The notes under the pieces: model-generated
Databases searched by the model: none
The model's input: only the letters and a program-made list of their open reading frames with translations
Told to the model about the DNA's origin: nothing
Shown: positions 55,773-64,000 of the stretch, in pieces
Layout of the letters: each line of letters opens with the position of its first letter
Numbering within the stretch: the first letter of the stretch is position 1
Sequence record: OP557969.1
DNA length: 64,000 nucleotides
Reading direction: 5' to 3' (one strand)
Position numbers and translations under genes: made by a program

Positions 55773-56290
55773 TGATTGAACCTATGACAGTACTAGCACG
55801 TACTAAATTATTATTGAAGATTGGTGAGATATTAACTGATATTTTGTACAGTGAGATTGATATACATGAATTATGCATTATACAACCATGGGAATTAACC
55901 AAATTCTCTGCGTTCTATCGTTTATCATATAAAGGGGAAACAGTTCTGGACTGGAACCCCAAAGCCAGATTTATGGAGTATGCAGCTTTATATGGAACAT
56001 GTGGTGGAATAACAAATGATTTTAAAGAAATTAAAACTCAAACAGCGTCACATGAATTTAATGATTTATTATATCCAGAATTTAAGTTAACAGAAGAATC
56101 ATTATTCCAGCACTCATTAATTTTAAAAGATCTTAATGATTTAGAGTACTACAAAGAATTAGTAGATATTTTTATGAATACACGACTTTCAAAAGATATT
56201 GTGATATTCTGGTATACAGAGCATGTTACGGAGGAATTGCTTACTGAATTTCTTCTAAATATGACAGCTATAAAGGAGAAGTTATGTTAG
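55772..56290 (+). CDS. family C paralog (long type)
   Basis: LTEESLFQHSLIL. Confidence 0.8.
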   Translation: MIEPMTVLARTKLLLKIGEILTDILYSEIDIHELCIIQPWELTKFSAFYRLSYKGETVLDWNPKARFMEYAALYGTCGGITNDFKEIKTQTASHEFNDLLYPEFKLTEESLFQHSLILKDLNDLEYYKELVDIFMNTRLSKDIVIFWYTEHVTEELLTEFLLNMTAIKEKLC

Positions 56291-56757
56291 ATATTTTAGG
56301 AAACATCGATACTGCAAATTATTTTATCCAAGACGCACTGTTTAATACACTACAAAAAGGTTTAGAAGTTCGTCACAATGTATACCAAGGTGATGGTTAT
56401 TTCGTTGATATTATTGAGGCACGAAAGAATACGTTTAATCTTAACGTTACGACGCTTGGAAGACAGAACATTGCACGAATTTTAGTAAGTAAAGATGAAA
56501 TTGTATTAAGATACAGTGCTAAGTTTATGCTGACTTACAAGAAAAAAACTGACATGTTCAGTACTAATTTATTTGATGAGCCATTTGACCTTGAAGATAT
56601 TGAAGCTACTTTCTTCACTCAAAGTACTATGGTAAAATACACTGATGTTCAATTTTCAGCAGACGTTATGTCTGAAACATTACAAATGATCAAGGTATTA
56701 TTTTATGCTTTTGAGCAATTTAGAGAAGAAAGAAATAAGGTTAACAACCACAGATGA
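56284..56757 (+). CDS. family C paralog
   Basis: DIEATFFTQSTMV. Confidence 0.75.
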   Translation: MLDILGNIDTANYFIQDALFNTLQKGLEVRHNVYQGDGYFVDIIEARKNTFNLNVTTLGRQNIARILVSKDEIVLRYSAKFMLTYKKKTDMFSTNLFDEPFDLEDIEATFFTQSTMVKYTDVQFSADVMSETLQMIKVLFYAFEQFREERNKVNNHR

Positions 56758-57118
56758 ACTAATAGAGGCGATTACTAAGGATTCAAAATACCATAAAGGG
56801 ATTCGTCTATACTTTATAGATACTGGCTCAATGGAAGGTACATACATTTATGGCTCACAATCTTTGTCTTATGTTGTAATACCAAATAAAAATGTAAAAA
56901 TCTTTTTAGGTTCAAGTAAAAAAGCGTTCTTGACAGTTAATGACAACAGTGTTATTATGAATTCCTTGGGTCATGACAAGGTAGAAATTGATCTAAACAC
57001 ATTAGAAGAAATGGATTTTTTTCAGTACGAGTGTTTAGGCGTTGACTTACATGGTATCAGTAGTGATATGATAAAATCATTAATTAAATATTTCAAGGGT
57101 GTTTATAAATGTATCTAA
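56705..57118 (+). CDS. family C paralog
   Basis: LEEMDFFQYECL; start uncertain. Confidence 0.7.
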   Translation: MLLSNLEKKEIRLTTTDELIEAITKDSKYHKGIRLYFIDTGSMEGTYIYGSQSLSYVVIPNKNVKIFLGSSKKAFLTVNDNSVIMNSLGHDKVEIDLNTLEEMDFFQYECLGVDLHGISSDMIKSLIKYFKGVYKCI

Positions 57119-57606
57119 CAAAATCGATGAAAAATTCATTTGATAAGATCAAGAGTGTTCTTGGTGGTGAGCATATTACTAGTGTGACTCAAACGGCTGA
57201 CCAAATTCAATGCAGTTCAAATGATTATACTGTAATTCTAGGTTTACATAGTCTACGTTTGACAATAGTAAATAATATTGACAACACTGCAATTGTAATA
57301 ACACCATGCCATATCAAAAATGAAAATGGTGTATATCTTCATCATATGGGAACAGTATTTCATATTTTTAATACAAATGAAAATATTGTTAAAGAATACA
57401 ATACACTTAATATTGATTCAGGTGAATTATTTCAAATGAGCACGTTGTACTCATGTAATTTTACAGATACTTCACGTATTTTACCATTCTTCTTAGAAAT
57501 TATTAAGAAAATGGAAAATTTAAAACGTGAATACAATAAAGAAATGGTTCCTGAAGCTATATTAAATATTACTAATGCTATAGAGAAGTATAATTCAGTG
57601 ACTTAA
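57109..57606 (+). CDS. family C paralog
   Basis: IDSGELFQMSTLY. Confidence 0.8.
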   Translation: MYLTKSMKNSFDKIKSVLGGEHITSVTQTADQIQCSSNDYTVILGLHSLRLTIVNNIDNTAIVITPCHIKNENGVYLHHMGTVFHIFNTNENIVKEYNTLNIDSGELFQMSTLYSCNFTDTSRILPFFLEIIKKMENLKREYNKEMVPEAILNITNAIEKYNSVT

Positions 57607-57648
57607 TAAAAACGCACATGGAGTGCATGAGAAGATCAAGGATAGATC

Positions 57649-58122
57649 ATGGAGATTAAAACCGTTGAAAATGGGGAAATTGATGACATTTTAGAGTTGG
57701 ATGCCTTCAAAGTTCATGATATAATGTTCAATGTGAAAGACATTATTCAATGTCTGTTTTTGTGCAGCAAGACTATGCATGACTTTTTTCACAACCCAAA
57801 TACAAATGTTTTTATACTAACAATCAGTACTGAAAGCTCGTTCATCATGGGTATGCCTATGAGTACGAATGAACAGTATATTGATTGTGTTATTCGCAAT
57901 AACGATAGTATTACACCTCAATCTGAAGTACGTAAAAAGAAAAACACTTACACAATCAAAGATGATAAAATTATGATGTGCTGTAGTAAGGGGTTTATAT
58001 TAGATAATTTTATTGTCAAAGATAGTTATCATGACTTTAAAGTTTCCGAAAACCAATCTAATGTAGTTCTTTATGCAAGTGACATAGAAAGTCTAACAGT
58101 AAAAGATCCCAGTTTGGAGTAA
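57649..58122 (+). CDS. hypothetical protein
   Basis: AAGGA RBS, 157 aa. Confidence 0.75.
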   Translation: MEIKTVENGEIDDILELDAFKVHDIMFNVKDIIQCLFLCSKTMHDFFHNPNTNVFILTISTESSFIMGMPMSTNEQYIDCVIRNNDSITPQSEVRKKKNTYTIKDDKIMMCCSKGFILDNFIVKDSYHDFKVSENQSNVVLYASDIESLTVKDPSLE

Positions 58123-58124
58123 TT

Positions 58125-58256
58125 ATGTCGAAGAAAGTTAATAATTTCGTACAGAAACACATGAATGAGTTTAATAAACCTCAAACACATGTGGATCGTA
58201 AAAAAGAAATGAAAAATGGTAAAGTAAAACATAAGTCGAGATTTATTCTCGACTAA
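58125..58256 (+). CDS. small basic protein (43 aa) of a type widespread in myoviruses
   Basis: NNFVQKHMNEFNKPQTHVDRKKEMKNGKVKHK; GGAG RBS. Confidence 0.65.
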   Translation: MSKKVNNFVQKHMNEFNKPQTHVDRKKEMKNGKVKHKSRFILD

Positions 58257-58285
58257 TTTTTTGTCCAAATTTATGGAGATTGTAT

Positions 58286-59134
58286 ATGTTAGATAGTACA
58301 GAATTTCGCAACTTCAAAAAGTATTCAGTACTTGAACATATCAACGAATTTCTGAATTCTCCAACACCATTTGGTATCAGTACATCAGATTCATACGATG
58401 GATATAGAATCTTCACATGTAATGACTTTCAAATTTCTGTCAAAAAAGGTACTTCAAAAGAAGTTGCAATTCGTGATGTAGTACTGTATAGCGATTCTTC
58501 CATTTCTTACTGTCATGATGTGAACAATTTTGAATCTCTTTCAACACCTAATTGTTCATACTACAAATCCCATGACACGATGATGTATAAAGAACAACAT
58601 ATCAATGGCGTTTCGTTCTATAAAACTAGCAGTGATAAATCATATACATCTAGAGATGATTTTGGAAAATACACATGTACTATGTACACGGATAATGAAA
58701 AAACAAATTACACTCATTCATTCGAGTCCAAATTCAAAGAAAGTGAAGTTTCAAATATCACTATACAAGAACAGGTATCAGAAGGCATTGTTTATCGTAG
58801 CACTGCATTCTTTCGCATGAAAGATATTGAATCTGGTAGGCCAATGATGTATAATATTGATATATACATGCAAGGTGAAATATCTGAAGTAGTGATTAGT
58901 GTTGGATATCGTACTAGCTTCACATTTACGATAAACTCACCAGATGCATCATTGGTACACCTCTTTGACAAATTGTATACATTCCAAGTTGAGTTTTGTC
59001 TCAATTCAAACGAATATCAAATATTCGATATATTAAAAAGTAATATCATTAATAAATTAGAATATTACTATAAGTTGGGTGGGAAGATGAGTATAGTTAA
59101 TACAATGATACATAATATAAAAGAAACATTATAA
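58286..59134 (+). CDS. beta-rich hypothetical protein
   Basis: GGAG RBS, about 282 aa. Confidence 0.75.
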   Translation: MLDSTEFRNFKKYSVLEHINEFLNSPTPFGISTSDSYDGYRIFTCNDFQISVKKGTSKEVAIRDVVLYSDSSISYCHDVNNFESLSTPNCSYYKSHDTMMYKEQHINGVSFYKTSSDKSYTSRDDFGKYTCTMYTDNEKTNYTHSFESKFKESEVSNITIQEQVSEGIVYRSTAFFRMKDIESGRPMMYNIDIYMQGEISEVVISVGYRTSFTFTINSPDASLVHLFDKLYTFQVEFCLNSNEYQIFDILKSNIINKLEYYYKLGGKMSIVNTMIHNIKETL

Positions 59135-59150
59135 ATCTGGAGGATTTGGT

Positions 59151-59444
59151 ATGGATACTAAATTCAAAATTATTTTTAAAACGAAGCCGTATATACCATA
59201 TACTGCCGAACGTTTTATACCACCTGGTGCAGAGGAAATTATTCACCAAGATGGTACAAAGTTATATCTAGTTCCATGTTCATATGAACGTGCAGTAGAA
59301 ATGCTACTCATGAATTCTAAACTATGCACAAATAAGTATATTAGTTACCTATATAATGAACATATCTTAGAGTTCAATGATGAAAATATGTTTATTCTTG
59401 CAATTGAAGATTTTAATAAATGGTTTGAATTTATTAAAGTCTAA
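59151..59444 (+). CDS. hypothetical protein
   Basis: GGAGG RBS. Confidence 0.75.
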   Translation: MDTKFKIIFKTKPYIPYTAERFIPPGAEEIIHQDGTKLYLVPCSYERAVEMLLMNSKLCTNKYISYLYNEHILEFNDENMFILAIEDFNKWFEFIKV

Positions 59445-59516
59445 TGAAAAAAATAATGTGGACAAATTAAATCCCTGTGATATAATGTTCGCATCTTTTT
59501 GATAACGGAGATATAG

Positions 59517-59903
59517 ATGAATACAAGTTCAATCCTAAAAGCAATTGGTGGTGTTTTACTCATTGAGGTGAAAGGTGAACCAAAACTATGCTGTTTAGAA
59601 GATATGAAGAACACAAAACACTTCAGTACTGGTCAGATTTTCAATGCAATTCGCGTTCTGAATGACAAATCCATTGCTGATTATGGTAAAGTTTGGCCTG
59701 TATATCAAAATTCTGATGGTGAGATCAGTTCTGATTGGAAAACAATTGAAGAAGTTCGACAAAATTGTGATTGTGATTGGGACTTTATCGTTGAAGTATG
59801 TGACCAACTACAAGAAGATGTACCAGAAATCGTAGAACGAAAGGAAGTTCTGGCAAATCTAGAAAAATTCCGTAATGGAACACTCCAATACGACACAATC
59901 TAA
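59517..59903 (+). CDS. hypothetical protein
   Basis: upstream TGATATAAT promoter, GGAG RBS. Confidence 0.75.
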   Translation: MNTSSILKAIGGVLLIEVKGEPKLCCLEDMKNTKHFSTGQIFNAIRVLNDKSIADYGKVWPVYQNSDGEISSDWKTIEEVRQNCDCDWDFIVEVCDQLQEDVPEIVERKEVLANLEKFRNGTLQYDTI

Positions 59904-59952
59904 TCTGCTTATTTAAAAATAGCTAGTTAACATTATATAAAAGGAATTTAAA

Positions 59953-60258
59953 ATGGAAGACAATGGAATGAAATTTGATATGTTTGAGGGTGTGCCTGAG
60001 TTTGATTTTAACAAACTTGAAGAAGGTGAAGCCACTGAACTTGTCAGTGTTACGCTTAAAGCTGATACTAAAAAGAAATATTCACCATCAGTTCGTGCAC
60101 GCTCAAAAGAAGAATATGAAACATTTATTGAGAGTATTCATTATGAAACATTCTATCACAAAGATGGAACTCCATATGAAGTACGTGTAACAGTTCTGAA
60201 GCCTGAAGTAAACCCAATGGAAAATCTACGTCCTGTTTACTGCTGGGCAAGCCACTAA
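59953..60258 (+). CDS. hypothetical protein
   Basis: AAGGA RBS; followed by terminator. Confidence 0.75.
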   Translation: MEDNGMKFDMFEGVPEFDFNKLEEGEATELVSVTLKADTKKKYSPSVRARSKEEYETFIESIHYETFYHKDGTPYEVRVTVLKPEVNPMENLRPVYCWASH

Positions 60259-60266
60259 TAAACCAT

Positions 60267-60298
60267 AGGACGGGATATAATATCTCGTCCTTTTTTTT
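60267..60298 (+). terminator. intrinsic terminator
   Basis: AGGACGGGATA/TATCTCGTCCT and T8. Confidence 0.85.
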
Positions 60299-60310
60299 GT
60301 CTGGAGATAT

Positions 60311-61159
60311 ATGAAACTTTATCTAATCGTTGACTACAGTAAGGGTTATTATGACTACGCAGAAGAATCTGAAGGGTATTGCTCGTCTACTAATGTCAAT
60401 GTACGCACCAGTAGTACACATGAGCATGAATCTATTACAAATCTAAAAGATTTTATTGCATATCGAGCATTTGAAAAGAATTTCTGTCGTAGTAGATATT
60501 CGAAGTTTGAGTACCCGTTAATTGATGTTCCTGATGAATTGATGTTCCAGTTAATGCTCACTGGAGTACAAGATTATGATTACATTGCGTACAATCACAT
60601 TACTAAGAAAATTTATATCGGTACGTCAACGCATGACATTTCTATGTATGCATCATGCCCCGATGATCGAATGAATGATAGAAAATCATACTATAGTGGT
60701 TCAGTTGGTTCAAATGTTCCATCAAATAAAAATTTATTCTTTGAGTACGAGTTTGATAATCATCGAGGGAAAACAGACCGAGAAGATTATTGTACTGAAA
60801 TTAATAGTTCAAATGGATATGAAGAAGTGAAAGAAGCAATAATGCCATATATCCTAGACAAGTACTACAAAGATTTTCAGTACTGTAGTAATTTTCTAAT
60901 CCGAAATTCTATCAAAATCGGTCGTCAAAGCACTGCATTCTCTAAGTACTACAATGATTCCCCTGTTGCTGAAAATGAATACTGTAATGTTCTCTCAATC
61001 CCACGTGAAGATATGGTATTCATGTTCACATCTTTCATTGAAGATGATGAGTTGTATGTAAAAAACAAGCACAGGTTCATGCTAAGTAATATTGAGGTTA
61101 TGAGAAGCTTAAGTGCAGATATATTAACGAATTTCACTGAAAAAACAGAATACAACTGA
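60311..61159 (+). CDS. hypothetical protein with internal family C-like motif
   Basis: 282 aa; VPDELMFQLML. Confidence 0.75.
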   Translation: MKLYLIVDYSKGYYDYAEESEGYCSSTNVNVRTSSTHEHESITNLKDFIAYRAFEKNFCRSRYSKFEYPLIDVPDELMFQLMLTGVQDYDYIAYNHITKKIYIGTSTHDISMYASCPDDRMNDRKSYYSGSVGSNVPSNKNLFFEYEFDNHRGKTDREDYCTEINSSNGYEEVKEAIMPYILDKYYKDFQYCSNFLIRNSIKIGRQSTAFSKYYNDSPVAENEYCNVLSIPREDMVFMFTSFIEDDELYVKNKHRFMLSNIEVMRSLSADILTNFTEKTEYN

Positions 61160-61187
61160 GACATACCATAAGTTTATGATATAATAT

Positions 61188-61220
61188 AAGGTGACAGCAG
61201 AATATGTTGTCACCTTTTTT
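61188..61220 (+). terminator. intrinsic terminator
   Basis: AAGGTGACAGCA/TGTTGTCACCTT and T-run. Confidence 0.8.
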
Positions 61221-61760
61221 AATCCTGAAAGGTTCCTTTAAAGGAAACGTTTAAAACCTAATCCACTCGAAAATGTAGAGGGTAGATGAGTAGTCCTTTC
61301 AGTACGAACAGCAGATGAAACCCGTTAGATGATGGCATAGTTTGAACCACTCACGGCAATGCGGCTGTATAAAGAACTCCAATAGGATAAAGAGAGTTCC
61401 TCGATAGACATATAAGGATCGCACCTTACCAATTATCTAAGGGAGATTTCATGAGAAATATGCGGTCGGAATTATACAATATAGTTGCGTCCAAATTTTG
61501 TGAAATCAAATACAAGTACTGGTCATATGGTATTTGTATTATGTGTTGGGATGTTTAAGACCAACGACCGTTGCTACAAGAACCGCGATAGAGAGAAACC
61601 GAGCAACCCGCTTTCGTCTCGTATGAGAATTCGTGATATGAACTATGTGAAGACCACCAGCGTCAAATTTTTTTGTTCTTTCCCCTGCGGGGGGATGAAA
61701 TATGCTCAAACAAACCTCGTCAATATTAATTAAAAGAATTATTATTACTTGTAGAATTTG
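61221..61760. ncRNA. candidate long structured non-coding element
   Basis: about 540 nt without a credible ORF, GC-richer than flanks, several hairpins. Confidence 0.3.
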
Positions 61761-61843
61761 ACATGCGTAGCATGGATAATTCTACTGGTGTTGATGTAAT
61801 CAACATCACGTATATATTCATTGAAGTTTCCACAGGAATAATG

Positions 61844-62386
61844 ATGGCATTTATTAAAAAACAAAAAACATTTACCTATAAGACTTTGGATTTTATTGAT
61901 TGCGAAAATCAAACACAGAATGAAGATAACTTTACTGGATTTGTTGTTATTAAAGAAAAAGGATGTATTTCGTATATCAAGGAATTACAAAATGGAATTG
62001 AAGTAACGTCGGTTAAATTACTTCCTACACAAAAGCCAACAATATCCAAAGCACAATATGGTAATTATTTTGAGGAAAGATATAGTAATAATTTAATAAG
62101 TGTTAAGGCTCATATTATAAAAGGAGAACTAGAAGGAGAATATAGAAAATTCAATCCACAAGGAAAATGTGTTTGGGTTAAATACTTCAATTCAGGAAAT
62201 GATGTAACATCTGAAATAATTGAGTTTTTAGGTTTAACATGTACCCCTGAAACTCTTCATGACTACAAATTTAATGCTGAAGAAGAGTTTAATCTGATGA
62301 TGCGTTATGGAACACATTTTAAATTTTTATATGAATATAACATTGACAGTGGTGTTTTTGATAGGATAGTACAAAACTGTCTTTAA
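61844..62386 (+). CDS. MORN-variant-repeat-like protein with family C-like motif
   Basis: GELEGEYRKFNPQGKCVWVKYFNSG; NAEEEFNLMMRYG. Confidence 0.65.
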   Translation: MAFIKKQKTFTYKTLDFIDCENQTQNEDNFTGFVVIKEKGCISYIKELQNGIEVTSVKLLPTQKPTISKAQYGNYFEERYSNNLISVKAHIIKGELEGEYRKFNPQGKCVWVKYFNSGNDVTSEIIEFLGLTCTPETLHDYKFNAEEEFNLMMRYGTHFKFLYEYNIDSGVFDRIVQNCL

Positions 62387-62402
62387 CAAAAGGATTTATA
62401 AC

Positions 62403-62927
62403 ATGTCGAAGAAGGATACTTCGAAGAAAAAGCAATCAGTACATTTCAGTACTGGAAAAGATAACTGGACAACTCCAAAGGATTTCTTTGAAGAGTTGGA
62501 TGAGTTATGGGGATTCACACTTGATGCTGCTTGTGTTGATGAGACGGCATTATGTGAAAATTATTTTACACCAAATGACGATTCTCTATCACAGGATTGG
62601 GGAAAGAATATAGTTTGGTTAAACCCGCCATATAGTGATTTGAAAACATGGTTATCTAAAGCAGTAGATGCGTATAATAAAGGAGCAACAGTCGTAATTC
62701 TAGTTCCATCACGAACTGATACAATAGCCTTCCATGAATATGCTGCAAAAGTTTGTGATTGTATTTGTTTCATTAAAGGAAGATTACGATTTGGTATCCC
62801 AGAAGAACCAGAGAAGAAGACAGATTCAGCACCATTTCCTTCATGTCTTATAGTTCTTGATAATTACTTAACTACTGCTAAAATAAATTATCTTAAATCT
62901 ATTGGGTTGGTAATGAAGAAACTATGA
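62403..62927 (+). CDS. dam: phage DNA N6-adenine methyltransferase
   Basis: WTTP...FTLDAAC...SQDW...VWLNPPYS...RLRF; NPPY motif IV (T1/HP1-type Dam family). Confidence 0.9.
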   Translation: MSKKDTSKKKQSVHFSTGKDNWTTPKDFFEELDELWGFTLDAACVDETALCENYFTPNDDSLSQDWGKNIVWLNPPYSDLKTWLSKAVDAYNKGATVVILVPSRTDTIAFHEYAAKVCDCICFIKGRLRFGIPEEPEKKTDSAPFPSCLIVLDNYLTTAKINYLKSIGLVMKKL

Positions 62928-63457
62928 AAGAAACATGTATTTTATCATTTATGAGATGTAACCCTGTACATAATGGACATGGTTTAGTTTTTGAAAAGGC
63001 CAAAACATTACAAGAACAGTACAATGCTGATTTGAAAATATATCTAAGTACCAGTACTGACAATATAAAAAACCAACTCCCACCTGAACTAAAAATGTAT
63101 TATACAGAGGGATTTTATCCTTCAGTACAAGAGAACATCTACACCGAAGACAATCTATTTGATATAATGAGAGAACTGGATGGAAAATACTTAGATGTAT
63201 TTTTCATATGTGGTTCAGACCGTATTGAATCTTTTCAGAAAACTCTTGACAGTTACAATGGGAAATTATATAATTTTTGTAATATAAAAGCAATTCAAGC
63301 AGGTATTGATCGCCAATCAAGTCAATATAGTTCAACACAAATGCGTAACTTCGCAAAAAATGAAGATTTTGATAATTTTCGAGAATTTTTACCAGGTAAT
63401 GATGAGGACTTAAAAATTCAATTATTTGAAGATGTTATCAAATACATGAGGAAATAA
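62924..63457 (+). CDS. cytidylyltransferase-like (HIGH-family) nucleotidyltransferase
   Basis: RCNPVHNGH (HxGH), CGSDR, SSTQMR (KMSKS-like). Confidence 0.85.
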   Translation: MKETCILSFMRCNPVHNGHGLVFEKAKTLQEQYNADLKIYLSTSTDNIKNQLPPELKMYYTEGFYPSVQENIYTEDNLFDIMRELDGKYLDVFFICGSDRIESFQKTLDSYNGKLYNFCNIKAIQAGIDRQSSQYSSTQMRNFAKNEDFDNFREFLPGNDEDLKIQLFEDVIKYMRK

Positions 63458-63459
63458 CT

Positions 63460-63753
63460 ATGACAGTACTGTTCAAAACTAATCCAGTTCTTTGGGAACA
63501 AAATGAGCAAGCAGGATTCCGTTCTATCCATGTTGAATACAAGGGTAACACGGTAGTTGCAATTATTGCTAATAAAACTTTAGGAAAATGGACTGCACAA
63601 GTTGTTCCTATGGGATATTCTTATACATCTGATGAGGTAGAATTTTTGGCTGATCTTTATCGTCAAATGCCTTTTATCATTAATGTTCTAGAACAAAGTG
63701 ATACATTAACACATGAAGATGTAATCAACTTTCTTGGAAACTTACATGTGTGA
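63460..63753 (+). CDS. hypothetical protein
   Basis: GAGGA RBS. Confidence 0.75.
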   Translation: MTVLFKTNPVLWEQNEQAGFRSIHVEYKGNTVVAIIANKTLGKWTAQVVPMGYSYTSDEVEFLADLYRQMPFIINVLEQSDTLTHEDVINFLGNLHV

Positions 63754-64000
63754 TGTGATTAATCTTACTGGATATTTTTTACAAGAATCAATGATTAAAT
63801 TTAGTGAACACTTTCCAGTACTGGATGGTATAGAAATGTGGCATGTTAAGCCACTTTTCAACTCTTTCAGTAAAGAGCACAAAATGTTATTGACAGAAGC
63901 GAGTAAATCTAATAACATATGTGAAATCAAGATTGGTGTGAATGTCTATAAAGGGTTGGTAATCTTTTTTGACAATAACAGCAATTATTTTTATATTGTT
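63746..64000 (+). CDS. partial ORF with hydrophobic segment, runs off window
   Basis: MCDVINLTG...GLVIFLTITAIIFI; no stop in window. Confidence 0.55.
   Translation, partial: MCDVINLTGYFLQESMIKFSEHFPVLDGIEMWHVKPLFNSFSKEHKMLLTEASKSNNICEIKIGVNVYKGLVIFFDNNSNYFYIV

Noticed and set aside
61660-61700. IS200/IS605 end or omega-RNA remnant (TTCATCCCC-like hairpin on minus strand)
   Set aside because: No TnpA, TnpB or IscB gene nearby, and the similarity is too short to support.
61485-61733. 82-aa ORF in the non-coding island
   Set aside because: TTG start, no RBS, and atypical composition overlapping predicted helices.
319-63930. Minus-strand and alternative-frame ORFs in the ORF track
   Set aside because: They overlap better-supported + genes or promoter cassettes, lack RBSs and read like antisense shadows.

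Overview
The window is 64 kb of an AT-rich lytic jumbo-phage genome. The host is probably an enterobacterium, and the organisation resembles Rak2/GAP32/CBB-like phages (inferred from memory, no database search run). All credible genes are on the + strand, and I see no structural, tRNA, rRNA or CRISPR genes. It has four zones. (1) 1-3.1 kb: a C-rich tandem array of small paralogs (family A, N-terminal HKEYYT). (2) 3.1-5 kb: an ORF-free control region with short repeats, cruciform motifs and several sigma70 promoters that drive no ORF. (3) 5-24.5 kb: a higher-GC early/host-takeover block of about 40 repeated cassettes (promoter, 5' stem-loop, RBS, ORF). It encodes a TraR/DksA zinc finger, a GNAT acetyltransferase, a Ser/Thr-kinase-like protein, an H-NS-like protein without its AT-hook and a RelE/ParE-like protein. 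It also holds two families of promoter-driven candidate small RNAs: 10 copies of a CCCANNGGGTGC motif and 3 copies of a 75-nt structured motif with compensatory pairing. (4) 24.7-62.4 kb: two large paralog expansions, about 32 small GT[N]YQE proteins (family B) and about 50 divergent proteins sharing a short EExxFQxSxxxD motif (family C). The window ends with an ADP-ribosyltransferase-like gene, a candidate long ncRNA, an N6-adenine methyltransferase and a HIGH-family nucleotidyltransferase. The palindrome AGTACT is conspicuously over-represented throughout.
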